A stretch of 64,000 bases of DNA from Paraspadella gotoi (taxonomy: Eukaryota; Animalia; Chaetognatha): assembly GCA_051294375.1 (NCBI GenBank), contig CM119265.1, positions 11,031,918-11,095,917 on the forward strand, in the 5' to 3' direction. The notes beneath the pieces are model-generated. The model was not told where the DNA came from and searched no databases. It saw only the letters and a list, made by a program, of their open reading frames with translations. Both the position numbers and the translations under genes were made by a program. Position 1 is the stretch's first letter, and each line of letters begins with the position of its first letter. Positions 1 to 13,280 of the stretch are shown here, in pieces.

Positions 1-973
1 AAAATTCAAATATCTAAATTGTTTAATCTCGTTTTCTCCGACTACTATCGAAACGACGCAAAATCGTTCGCCTGCGAAAAAAAAAACAAAAAAAACGAGG
101 TTGAAAGAGAAAAAGGCAATATTAATTTTAATCTTTTTAACGAACCGTGGCTCGTCGCATAATTATTTTTTTAAATTTTTTTTCTGAAAAGAAAACAGAG
201 CAAACAAATAATTGCGGGAATGGTTGCAATAAACGAGAACAAAAAAGAGGAAGATAAAAGGGAAAATAAAAGAAGAGATCGGGAGACAAAGTCAAGCAAC
301 TCCGTCCACATGAGACGGCAACTCAATCACGGGACTTCGGGAAGCGAGCAGGTCCCCATTCTCGCGCTGAAGGCAGACAGAAAGTCTCTCAAAAAAGTGC
401 TTAGACGTTTTGCCGATATCTAAGCCTGCATTCGTTGCTTGGAGTTTGGCGAAATCTTTTAAGTTTGAGAAAGCATCCAGGTCCCATGCCCCGAAGGTAG
501 TAACAACCAGAGGGATGAAGCCAACATCGGCCGGCAGTTTGCCTTCATACTAAGCATGTTTGGCCTGGCGAGCTCGTTCCAGGGCATATGTGGGGTTGAG
601 GATGGTATGACCAAAACAGTCCTGGCGAAGGGGAGTGGCAGTTGCTGTGTCGTCAGTCGTCCAGGTGGAAGGGATTCCTTGACAGACGATGGGCTTCATC
701 TGAACCAAGGAAACCCCGTCCAACTCAATCGTGCTCGATTCTGGAACGCCCTCTTTGGGATCCTGTATAGAGATTAGAGAATTGATCGTGAACTTTGCTA
801 AAAAAAAAAGGACGAAAAGAGAAGTCCTAATCGAACACCGCTTCATCTCCCAGAGAAAAAGAAAGAGAGAAAAAGAAGTATTGTAGGTCAAAGTTAGTAA
901 TGATTTGCTGAAAAATAAGTTAGAATGAGGTTTATGACCATTCAATGAAAAGAGGATTAAACTACTTCTCTTT

Positions 974-1159
974 TGAAGGGACAGTAATAATGGTTATGAG
1001 TTAGTGACAGAACCATTCAATATAAGCAGTCCCTGAGCTTCGGATAAGGCTGTAACACCATGTTACAGGCGGGTTAAGCGCTCCGTCCCTCTTAACTGAT
1101 AGGCGACCACCGGGCTAAAACCCCAGACCTTTGGGATGGCAGGCGAATGACTTGCCTCC
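974..1159 (-). mobile_element. 5'-truncated, diverged LTR of the same family (duplicate copy at 5696-5882)
   Basis: The reverse complement aligns to the LTR from the tRNA-like D-arm region through the twister-like domain to the terminal ...TGTCCCTTCA. Confidence 0.85.
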
Positions 1160-4100
1160 TCTAACAGTATCAGTATAAACAGTATTTTTTCCTGCTACGC
1201 AAGTTAAAACTTTCGTGGAAACATACGCATTGGTCCCTGCAGTCCCGCAGCCATAACATGATATTTTTAATATATATATTATATATACATATTATGGTGA
1301 AATCTAATCCAGTTACAATTCAAAGCAGCCATAATAACCAATTCATCAGCTTACTAACTCAATGGTGCTACAGCTTAATTTAGAGCGAAAAAACTACTGT
1401 AGTATGAACGTTTGTACAGTAATTTTATTGTTATGTGGAAGACCACGACATAGAGAGTAGGGAGACATTTATGCATTGTTATTATGTATGAGGTAAAAAT
1501 TGAAGAGACATAACATAGTGAATATGTTGAAACATAGGCAATAACATGTGTACAGTTCGAAGGTTGAAACGGTTGTGTCTCTCGTGGCGACGGCCACGCG
1601 GAAGAAACCCCTTGAAGCCCGGGACGACGAGACCAATGACCGGAGTTCTGAGGTCATGTGGTCGTTGAGGGAAAAGAGAGAGAGAGTCGAGGTAACTCGG
1701 CCTCATCCCCCCCTCAAGTCGCGTCTCCGGAAAGAGGCGCGGCTGACCACACTGGCGTCGAATCCATGGTGGTTTGCTAAAGGTGTTCTTGCTCCAAAGA
1801 GTCGATGCTGACATACGAAATTATTTAAGTCCAAATCCATGAGCCTTGGAAATCACAGGAGGGTGGTAGCCTCTACAGTTTTTGGCGCGCCTGCGGCGTT
1901 TGCCGCCGCGTCGTCGCATCACGCCGTGCAGTCCCACATTGCGCTGGCCTTTCAGCGGGTGTATCGTAGATTTCCCGGGTATTTCCTCGTACAATTCCAA
2001 AGCCTTTCGTCGTGTAAATCGCTGGTTAAAGACGATGTTTTGTTTTGTTGGTTTTGGTGTAGAAGTGGGCGTCAGAAAAAGGTGAAGCGAGATAAGAAAA
2101 GAGGAGTAAGAAAATGGGAAAAGAAAAGAAAATTTTGAAAAAAGAATTATTAAAATATAAGGAAATAAAAGAGGGAGGATAAAAAATATAAAAGTAAGGA
2201 AAAAGGAGTAAAGTGGCAGAGTCAGTTTCACTAAGTTTATTCCTAATGGGTGAAGACAAATTGGGCGGTGTTAAAAAGGGTTTGCTCCGTGAGAGAAAAA
2301 GCCACGGGCGTTGTGATACGCAAATTGATGAAGGCGCCGGCGATAGCTTTGGTAGAGATAAGTTTTTTCTCGCGTCTCCGTGTTCCATTCGTCAACGGCG
2401 TCGTAGTAAACGTCGGGAAAAGAAAACGCTGAGGACGACTAAACAAGTGTTGGAGTTTTTGCAGAGGGATTGGTGACCGCGACACCGGAGATAGGGACTA
2501 AATTGGAGGTGTGAAAAAGGAGTCTTTTTAGGAGGGGACATGGATACGAGACGCCGAATCACTCTTGCGAATGTAGAGCTGATGGGTGAGTCCTCGCTTT
2601 CACAAAGAATATATTTTTTACCGAAAGCGGAAGATTCAAACAAGTTCCAATTCATCCATTTTTCTTGTTCAGGTTGGGAGGTAGGATACTTAGTTGGGAG
2701 GTTGGTTGGCAATATTGTGAACATTTTCAGAGGTTTTTTTATTTTTTAAAAGACAGGAAGGTTTTTGAAGGCTTTTTTTTATATAGCGTTTTTCACAGAA
2801 GGATTTTTGGGCGTGTTCTCGTCGGGCTCACCAATGTGGAAGACCACGACATAGATAGTAGGGAGACATTTATTATGTATGAGGTAAAACATTGAAGAGA
2901 CATAACATAGTGAATATTAGAGCGTTCAAATATAACAAAATATAAGATATTAAATTCTATTCATAATTATTTTACTGTAATAAGGTCTGAAGAATTCGAT
3001 GGTTATTACCATTTTTTTGTATAATTTCATCTTTCTTGTCGGAAATGACGATTTTTAATGTATAGTANNNNNNNNNNNNNNNNNNNNNNNNNAAAGAGAG
3101 AGATTAGATTTCTCCGACTACCAGACAGGCGTAGGTGGCAGTTGATTTCTATCGGAGGATTTACCAAAAAAACCACTTTTATCTTCCATATTGTTAGAAT
3201 ATTACCAAAAAAATGATTAAATTTTAAACTCTACAAACAAAGTTGGCTAGAGCTACGGATAATTGAAATCCTTGCATCATTTTCTAAATTAATAATCAAG
3301 TATCCTGTTTTGCGTGATCTTTAAATGAAAAATTATGTTCCATATAGTTTGTCGCATTTTTTACTTTGTCTTGAGATTTGGAATCCTAGATCATTGTGAT
3401 GAAAAATTTTTTTACTCCGAGCTTTTCGGGTCCTTCTTAATTTTCTTTTACCTCGTGAGTTTGGTGTCATTTGTGTTAATGCATACTATTGTTCTTGCCT
3501 ATGAATTAATTTTTAAATTGACGTAGTCAAACATACTTTTTACATTTTTTAATTAAATTTGTATTAAACGAAAAATATATGTGAAATAGTCCACAATTCT
3601 AATCAAATATTACCTATTGTTGGTGCTTTGGTACCTAAAAATTAGGGGCAAAATATTTAATACTTAGCTGGAAAAAATTTTTAAGCTACTTATTAATTTG
3701 TGAGGGAATTTGTGAGACGTGCGTTTATTTGAACTAAACTCGGTTTTTGACTATTTTATAGTTTTAATAGCACTAAGAAAAATACTAAAGTTGACGAATT
3801 AACAAAACACCGGCCTCTTTTATTGAAAGGATGAAGCGTCAGCAAATTTTAATTCTCTCAATCGAAGGGTTTTTGCGGAAAAAATTTCCGCAAAAATCTG
3901 TCGATTTTTTTAAATCTGCTTGGAACCAAATTCCGTAAAATCATTCACTACCTAGAGATTTTTTTTCTTAACATTACATTTTAAAAGATATTTTTATAAC
4001 ATCCAGTATGTTATTGAATGCAGAAAATAAGTGAGATGAGAAAAGATGAGAGAAGAGAGAGATGGGCTGAAAAAAGATTGACGGAGAGGAAAGAGTGGAA

Positions 4101-5896
4101 AAATTAATAGTATGGGGAGAGGGGGGAACAGAACAATTGAGAGAAAGAAAAAGATAAGAAACAGGGAGAAAGGAGAAATCAGCAGAGGGAGAGAAAAGAC
4201 ATCTGAGAGGAAGGGAAAATAAGGTTAGGAAGAAAAGAAGGGATGACCAGAAAAAAATATGAGGACAGAAAAGTATGAGAAAGGGAGAGAAAGACGAGAG
4301 AAAGAGAGAAAAAGAGACGAGACAGAGAGAAAGGTTCAAATAGGAGAAAAAAATAGGTGGAAAAAAAAAAGAAAAAAAGTTTTAAAATTAACGGCCGTTG
4401 TTTTGGCCTAAGAGTAAGTATCTCTAAAAAAGCGCGATAGGTCTGACCAGAGCAATTTATCTTTAAAAGTTTCCCCGCTTAGCAATGAACAATCGTTTTA
4501 GTTTCACTAATTATGGCAGATCCGTAATGAGAATGGATGTCAGTAAAAAAAATAATGCTTCTTACCGTATTTTGAAAGGAATAGAAGATTTCACCCAGTG
4601 AGTTCGATGTGTTAGTAAGGAGAAAATAACTATGCCAACCAGTTTTTTAGATAAAGAGTGTTTTCATATTTATCAGTAGAAAAAAAGAAATAATAGTATT
4701 AGTTCAATTTCATTGTTGAAAATATCGCGCAAATCAAAATCACTGCAGTACGCCGTAAGAAAAACTATCGAAACGACGCAAAACGTTCGCCTGCGAAAAA
4801 AAAAACAAAAAAAACGAGGTTGAAAGAGAAAAAGGCAATATTAATTTTAATCTTTTTAACGAACCGTGGCTCGTCGCATAATTATTTTTTTAAATTTTTT
4901 TCTGAAAAGAAAACAGAGCAAACAAATAATTGCGGGAATGGTCTTTGTCAACAATAAACGAGAACAAAAAAGAGGAAGATAAAAGGGAAAATAAAAGAAG
5001 AGATCGGGAGACAAAGTCAAGCAACTCCGTCCACATGAGACGGCAACTCAATCACGGGACTTCGGGAAGCGAGCAGGTCCCCGTTCTCGCGCTGAAGGCA
5101 GACAAAGTCTCTCAAAAAAGTGCTTAGACGTTTTGCCGATATCTAAGCCTGCATTCGTTGCTTGGAGTTTGGCGAAATCTTTTAAGTTTGAGAAAGCATC
5201 CAGGTCCCATGCCCGAAGGTAGTAACAACCAGAGGGATGAAGCCAACATCGGCCGGCAGTTTGCCTTCATACTAAGCATGTTTGGCCTGGCGAGCTCGTT
5301 CCAGGGCATATGTGGGGTTGAGGATGGTATGACCAAAACAGTCCTGGCGAAGGGGAGTGGCAGTTGCTGTGTCGTCAGTCGTCCAGGTGGAAGGGATTCC
5401 TTGACAGACGATGGGCTTCATCTGAACCAAGGAAACCCCGTCCAACTCAATCGTGCTTGATTCTGGAACGCCCTCTTTGGGATCCTGTATAGAAGATTAG
5501 AGAATTGATCGTGAACTTTGCTAAAAAAAAAGGACGAAAAGAGAAGTCCTAATCGAACACCGCTTCATCTCCCAGAGAAAAAGAAAGAGAGAAAAAGAAG
5601 TATTGTAGGTCAAAGTTAGTAATGATTTGCTGAAAAATAAGTTAGAATGAGGTTTATGACCATTCAATGAAAAGAGGATTAAACTACTTCTCTTTTGAAG
5701 GGACAGTAATAATGGTTATGAGTTAGTGACAGAACCATTCAATATAAGGCAGTCCCTGAGCTTCGGATAAGGCTGTAACAACCATGTTACAGGCGGGTTA
5801 AGCGCTCCGTCCCTCTTAACTGATAGGCGACACCGGGCTAAAACCCCAGACCTTTGGGATGGCAGGCGAATGACTTGCCTCCTCTAACAGTATCAG

Positions 5897-6485
5897 TAGA
5901 AATCTACTATGAATTAATATAATAGGGGCGGGGTTCAAAACTTATCTGTGAGTCTACTTTTGGTTAAAAAAGAATTTTTTAAAAAAGTTCGATTTTAATG
6001 ATTTATTGTTGCTAAATTAAAATTAACAATATTACGATATAATCTAAAAATTTTATTTAAAGTCATCTAATAACTTTTTTTTGATGGATGCTGAAGAGCA
6101 CTAAAAAGGTTAAAAAAACAATTTAACTACAAACTTTCAAAATATTTATGTTTTCTTGGTCAAAATAAGAAAAGTAATAAATTATTGAAATGATTAGATG
6201 ATGAATGATTAAAATAGATTTCATATTTTCACATACTTAAGTGATCAAATAGTCAAAAAAGAATATACTTTGTGTAGACAACTTTTTGCAACTACCTGAA
6301 TCTGAATCTAAAAATCGGAAAATCAAAAAATTTTAGCCTTCCTAATTTAAAAAAATATTAAAAAATCTAATATATGGAGTATGGAGTAATAAAAAAAAAT
6401 TTGTCTATTCAATTTTTTTAAAATGTCTAAATTCTTTGAGGAGGTGCTTAATTCAATTTCTAACCCACTTAGTGATGTCCCCCTA
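5897..6485. mobile_element. 589-bp non-autonomous element, TAG...CTA ends, 7-bp TSD
   Basis: GTATCAG flanks both ends, and the element is absent from the duplicate copy at ~1165-1175. Confidence 0.85.
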
Positions 6486-8212
6486 GTATCAGTATAAACA
6501 GTATTTTTTCCTGCTACGCAAGTTAAAACTTCGTGAACATACGCATTGGTCCCTGCAGTCCCGCAGCCATAACATGATATTTTTATATATTATTATATAT
6601 ACATATTATGGTGAAATCTAATCCAGTTACAATTCAAAGCAGCCATAATAACCAATTCATCAGCTTACTAACTCAATGGTGCTACAGCTTAATTTAGAGC
6701 GAAAAAACTATGTAGTATGAACGTTGTACAGTAATTTTTATGTTATGTGGAAACCACGACATAGAGAGTAGGGAGACATTTATTATGTATGAGGTAAAAT
6801 TGAAGAGACATAAATAGTGATATTGTGAAACATAGGCATATACATGTGTACAGTTCGAAGGTTGAAACGGTTGTGTCTCTCGTGGCGACGGCCACGACGG
6901 AAGAAACCCCTTGAAGCCCGGGACGACGAGACCAATGACCGGAGTTCTGAGGTCATGTGGTCGTTGAGGGCAAGAGAGAGAGAGTCGAGGTAACTCGGCC
7001 TCATCCCCCCTCAAGTCGCGTCTCCGGAAAAAGGCGCGGCTGACCACACTGGCGTCGAATCCATGGTGGTTTGCTAAAAGGTGTTCTTGCTCCAAAGAGT
7101 CGATGCTGACATACGAAATTATTTAAGTCCAAATCCATGAGCCTTGGAATCACAGGAGGGTGGTAGCCTCTACAGTTTTGGGCGCGCCTGCGGCGTTTGC
7201 CGCCGCGTCGTCGCCGCCGTGCAGTCCAATTGCGCTGGCCTTTCAGCGGGTGTATCGTTAGATTTCCGGGTATTTCCTCGTACACATTCCAAAGCCTTTT
7301 TCGTCGTGTAAATCGCTGGTTAAAGACGATGTTTGTGTTTGTTGGTTTTGGTGTAGAGGTGGGCGTCAGAAAAAGGTGAAGCGAGATAAGAAAAGAGGAG
7401 TAAGAAAATGGGAAAAGAAAAGAAAATTTTGAAAAAAGAATTATTAAAATATAAGGAAATAAAAGGAGGGGGATAAAAAATATAAAAGTAAGGAAAAAAG
7501 GAGTAAAAGTGGCAGAGTCAGTTTCACTAAGTTTATTCCTAATGGGTGAAGACAAATTGGGCGGTGTTAAAAGGGTTTGCTCCGTGAGAGACAGCCACGG
7601 GCGTTGTGGATACGCAAATTGATGAAGGCGCCGGCGATAGCTTTGTAGAGATAAGTTTTTTCTCGCGTCTCCGTGTTCCATTCGTCAACGGCGTCGTAGT
7701 AAACGTCGGGAAAAGAAAAACGCTGAGGACGACTAAACAAGTGTTGGAGTTTTTGGCAGAGGGATTGGTGACCGCGACACCGGAGATAGGGACTTAAATT
7801 GGAGGTGTGAAAAAGGAGTCTTTTTAGGAGGGGACATGGATACGAGACGCCGAATCACTCTTGCGAATGTAGAGCTGATGGGTGAGTCCTCGCTTTCACA
7901 AAGAAATATTTTTTTACCGAAAGCGAAGATTCAAACAAGTTCCAATTCATCCATTTTTCTTGTTCACGTTGGGAGGTAGGATACTTAGTTGGGAGGTTGG
8001 TTGGCAATATTGTGAACATTTTCAGAGGTTTTTTTATTTTTTAAAGACAGGAAGGTTTTTAGAAGGCTTTTTTTTTATATAGCGTTTTTTCACAGAAGGA
8101 TTTTTGGGCGTGTTCTCGTCGGCTCACCAATGTGGAAGACCACGACATAGAAGTAGGGAGACATTTATTATGTATGAGGTAAAACATTGAAGAGACATAA
8201 CATAGTGAATAT

Positions 8213-9538
8213 TAGAGCGTTCAAATATAACAAAATATAAGATATTAAATTCTATTCATAATTATTTTACTTTCATCTAAGAATCATAGTAACATTTTTT
8301 TGTTAATTCAGTTTTTTCTAAAATTTTTGTGTAATTGTAATTATGATATCTGTGTTCTTTTTTTTTCTCTTTTTTCCAATTTAAAATTTGTTCTCTTTTA
8401 TTTATGTTAATTGCACTATCTTTAATTTTTTGGAAATTTTTTTTTTTCTCTCCTTTCAAATAGATTAAAAAATTTTTTATTAATTCATTTGCTATAAACT
8501 GTAATAAAAACAAACATGTACATTAAAAATAAAAAAGTATACAGAATTTTTGTTTCATCTCTAAATATTTTAAATAGAAAAAATCAAAATATAAATTCTA
8601 TTCATAATTATTTTACTGTAATAAGGTCTGAAGAATTCGATGGTGATACCATTTTTTTGTATAATTTCATCTTCTTGTCGGAAATGAATTTTTAATGTAT
8701 ATAAAATGTTAATAAAATATGGCAAATATTATAAGTTATGATAAATCAAATTATTAATTTTTTTTAAATTTACATGAGCTTTTAAAATATAAAAATAAAG
8801 ACCTATAAAAATATTTTGATAAATTAATTTCTCAATTTTATGTTTTATTAAAAGTAAGTTAGCTATATTTATTAATAATTATAAATAAAAAATTAGGCCA
8901 AAGTTAAAAAATAATAATTTAAAATTTTTTATCCCAGAATCGCATTCCTTCAAAAAGTTGATATAAGAAAATATAATTTTTATTAAAAAATTATGCAATT
9001 AAGTAGTCAAAATTTTAAAAAAATATAATTTTAAACCAAAAATGTTTAAATTAAACAAAAATCATAGTTTTTAACATTTTTAACCAAATTAATGAAAGAA
9101 TTTGTTAAAATAGATTTTACTTTCTTATATCAACTTTTTGCAAGGAATTCAAATCTGGTTTTAAAATTTCAAAATATTTATTTTTTCACTTTAGCCTATT
9201 TTTAACTACTAATTATTAATAAATATAGCTAACAAGCTGTAAATAAAATATAAAATTTATAAATAAGCTTACTGAAATATTTTCATGGGTCTTTATTTTG
9301 ATATTTATAAGCTAAATATGAATTTTATAAAATTTTAATAATTTTAGTTTTTCATACTTTACAATGGTTGCGCCATTTTAATAGCACCTTATATGCTTCA
9401 AAAATCGCCATTGGCGACAAGGAAGATGAAACTATACCAAAAAATGGTTATCATCATCAAATTCTTCAGACCTTATTACATTAAAACAATAATGAATGAA
9501 ATTAAATATCTTATATTTTGTTATCTTTGAACGCTCTA
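8213..9538. mobile_element. hAT-like non-autonomous element with long imperfect TIRs
   Basis: Ends are TAGAGCGTTCAAATATAACAAAATATAAGATAT and its inverse, with 8-bp TSD GTGAATAT/GTGGATAT. A left-end copy at 2918 runs into a gap. Confidence 0.85.
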
Positions 9539-9554
9539 GTGGATATGTTGAAAC

Positions 9555-10768
9555 TAGTGTTCCGATAACCGTTAACTGTTAACGGTTATTAACGGTTAAA
9601 AATCATTTTAACTTAACCGTTAATATATTTATTTTTAACGGTTAAATTCGGTTAATTCTCAAATGGATTTTTTTCATTTTTTGGTATGAAATCTTTAAAT
9701 TTAAAAAAAAAACCTATTTTTTTTCTGTTCTCTCTTATTCTCCCTATCCCCTTCTCACCATATTTTACCCCTCTCTCTCTTCTCCACTTTTCCCCTGCTT
9801 TGTTATTTTCTTCTTTTTTTCTATCCCCATCTCTCTCTTATTTTTTCTTCCCCTTTATTTATCTCCTCCTGTTCCTTTCTTTTTTTTTCTTTCTTTTCTT
9901 TTTCTTTCTTTTTCTTTCCCCTTTCTTTTTTCTCCTTTTTTCGCCCTTTGCTTTTACCTTTTTCCTTTTTTTTTGCCCTTTCATGCAATAATATATATTC
10001 AATTTAGCTAAAAATAAATAATCCCTCTTATTTTACTTTTCTCTCTTTTTTCTTTCCCTATTTAAAATTAACAAAGAAGCAAATGAAATAAACCGAATGA
10101 ATGAAAAAAATGAATAAAAAACTAAATAAAATGTTTTTTTTAATTTAAAAATTAATAATAGAAGGAACCAATCTTAAAAAAGACATATAAAAAAGAATAA
10201 TGATGATATACTTTTAATTAAACTGAAAAAATATTTATTAATCAATAAATATTTTGATCAATTGATAAATCAACCAGTCTATCAATAAATTAAAATTTAT
10301 ATTTATTCGTCAATGACCATTGTGTCATAGTTTATGAAAGACTAACAACAGAAAACAAGCGTTTAAGAAACTAACAACTACAAAAATAATGAGGAAGAGA
10401 GAAGTAGAGAAAGAAAAAGAGAAAGCAAAAGAGAGAAAGAGAAAACAAAATATAGAATTAGAATTTGATGATATCCTTTCGTTTCGTTGTGTTATGAGAT
10501 TAGCAAAAATATTTGTTTTGTTACAACAACAATTTTATTTGACATAAAAAACAGACATGTTTCGACTCTGTTTCAAGTCTTTATCAGCGCATTCAAGAGC
10601 CAGAGTTAAAGAGAAAATACCAATAAATACTTTAGTTTGTTTTAAATCTAAATATTTTAAATTTAAAGTTAAATTATAAAATTAACCGATCTTAACGGTT
10701 AACCGTTAAAAATGTTAGTTTTAACGGTTAAGCGAATTTCCTAAAAAATTAACGGTTATCGAACTCTA
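9555..10768. mobile_element. hAT-like MITE with subterminal AACCGTT repeats
   Basis: TIRs TAGTGTTCCGATAACCGTTAA / TTAACGGTTATCGAACTCTA, with 8-bp TSD GTTGAAAC. Confidence 0.88.
10551..10590 (-). ncRNA. Minimal type I hammerhead-like motif (CUGAUAA variant) in a Penelope-like pLTR fragment
   Basis: GCG-CUGAUAA-AGACU..AGUC-GAAAC-AU-GUC-UGU, followed by an AATAAA signal. Confidence 0.6.
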
Positions 10769-12869
10769 GTTGAAACATAGGTAATAACATGTGTACAGTT
10801 CGAAGGTTGAAACGGTTGTGTCTCTCGTGGCTACGGCCACGACGGAAGAAACCCGTTGAAGCCCGGGACGACGAGACCAATGACCGGAGTTCTGAGGTCA
10901 TGTGGTCCTTGAGAGAAAAGAGAGAGAGAGTCGAGGTAACTCGGCCTCAGTTATATAATATGTATTTTAGTATATATTACATGTACAGTGTGTCCCAATG
11001 GTACTGTCAGTTAAGAAAAGCTTACTGCCCTTAAACCAGATCGAAAAACTTTAATTCATTATCATGAATATGCGCACGAGTATGGACCATTTTATATTAT
11101 ACTTAAATTTTAAAAAATTAACAGAGCAAACTCCTGTAGTCATAACACAAAGCAATTGGTAAAAAAAAAAAAGTGATTTTTTTAAAAATGCAGTAATCCT
11201 TATTTTTAAAATTATAAACTTACCTTGTTCAATGTTCATTTTACATTTTTAATTGATTTAATAATAATTTATTGAATAAATAGCAACCATTTTGTTCTGG
11301 CTTAATGCATCACGCATAAAACGGGGTAAAACCGAAAAGGAATGGTTTTAACGTTTACCGCGTTGGAATTCGCGATTTAAATGTTCTTTTCTTCGTTTTA
11401 TTAATTTTCCCTGAACAAATTTTTCGTTCGCATACGGCGAATTCAAGAGGATGAAAAGACCTTTCAACTGGTTACTGAAATTCATAGATATTCATAGATA
11501 GGTATGGCCCGCACGAAATGAGAACAGTCAGTCTTCTTGAAAATTCTTTAGAAAGAATTGAACTGTTTTTACTTTTAATCATAAATTTTAGATTCTCCGT
11601 ATATTCTGATGACTGGTTTGACGGCGGCAACTATACCTGCAAAGAGTGCTCACTCTGCTGAGAGTCTCTCGTGGCAGCATCAACACGCGACCTCTCTCAA
11701 AAATTCGTCTCTTCAATAACTACAACACTCTCCTTTCAGGACTAAGCTCTGACGAAAAAAGTCAGAGGTTTTTTTAATATATTCTTTGACCGGCCAATGT
11801 AGATTGATGGCAATATTGCTATTGTTAAGTTTCAAAAAAATCCGACCATAAATATAGAAAATATTAACCAAAATCTTTTAATTTCTTTTTAATTAAAAAT
11901 ATCGTGATTCAAACCGGACTATTTCATTTAAACCTGATCATTTTATGTCAAAATCATTATAAAATGAAAAAATAAAAATAGGACAAGCTCTTCAGACACA
12001 AAGCTATCAGAATCGCGAAATTCGAAGTTGCTCATGTAACAGGAACATATAGCAATCCCGTTTGCAATTTTAAGTTTGTAAACTTTCCCTTTCATTTCTA
12101 TAGTAAAAATGAGGTTTGAAAATTCTTTGAAGATGAGGAGTGCATTTTCCCTGGCTGGTTTGATATCAAATCCTTCATCAAATGTGATAAAACGAATAGG
12201 ACAAGCTCTTCAGATGTAACTCTATCGGAATCCTGCGTTTTTACAACTGATTTCTACCCAAATTTCTAGCAATCGCGTTTGCAATTTGGGAAGTCAGATT
12301 TGAACGGAACTCTCTATTAAAAAAATGTTGAATCTTTTTTAAATCGAGATTCTCGTCTACACGCTTTCCTACCACCACACACAAAATTTCATTCAAATCC
12401 ATCTGTCAAATCACGAGTAGTTGGTGTTTTTTGCTAAGGTGGGACGGACAAACAGACGGACATTTTATTTGCATAATTTATCATAAATCGATGTTCTGAC
12501 ATGATATAAGCAAATTCCCAACAAGATTGGGGGGGCGGACCGACAAAGTGAATTATAGAGCCGGAATCTGCTGTAAGTGTCCAATATAAATTGAATGGAT
12601 AATTTCTTATTCACATACATAAATAAATAGTATTGGCCAATTACATAAATAGCTAACATAATTGGATTTATGCACGGAAGTGGGACAGAAAGACCGATAC
12701 TGAAGTGATATATATATGGAGTTACTCCGCAATTATATACAATTATACATAATAAAATCTTTAAAAAAAAAAGGATCGTCGTAATTGCATAAGAAAAATC
12801 TGGATTAACGACAAATTTTGATACTAAAAAAATCCAATTTGAGAAAATAAAATTAATTTATAAACAGAA

Positions 12870-13280
12870 AGAAAAAGAAGAAAAGAATAAATATAAAGAA
12901 AGAATAGAAAGGAAAGAAAGAATAAAAAGGAAAAGAGAAAATAAGAAAGGAAAGAGAGATAGAAAGGAAAGAAAAATAGAAAGAAAGAAAAAATAGAAAG
13001 GAAAGAAAGAATAGAAGGAAAGAAAGAAAAAAAGGAAAGAAAAGAATAGAAGGAAAGAAAGAATAAAAAGGAAAGAAAAATAGAAAGGAAAGAAAGAATA
13101 GAAAGGAAAGAAAGAATAGAAAGGAAAAAAGAATAGAAAGGAAAAAAAGAATAGAAAGGAAAGAAAGAATAGAAAGTAAAAGAGAAAGAAAAAAGAATAG
13201 AAGGGAAAGAAAGAATAGAAAGGAAAGAAAGAAAAAATAAAAATAAAGAGAAAGTGACGAGAAGAAAGAAAGAAATAAAA
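12870..13280. repeat. Purine-rich ~18-bp tandem repeat (AGAAAGGAAAGAAAGAAT)n
   Basis: Read directly from the sequence. It is the source of spurious F/S/L-rich ORFs. Confidence 0.9.

Larger units (their letters stand above)
44..8700. repeat. Near-identical duplication 44-3067 vs 4764-8700 (also 23690-31654 vs 31680-41470, and 43395-48510 vs 48542-52920)
   Basis: Collinear near-identity with homopolymer indels. The first copy of each pair ends at an N-gap, consistent with uncollapsed haplotypes. Confidence 0.85.

Noticed and set aside
11606-11632. CTGATGA as a hammerhead core
   Set aside because: No GAAA or cleavage triplet follows the putative stem II.
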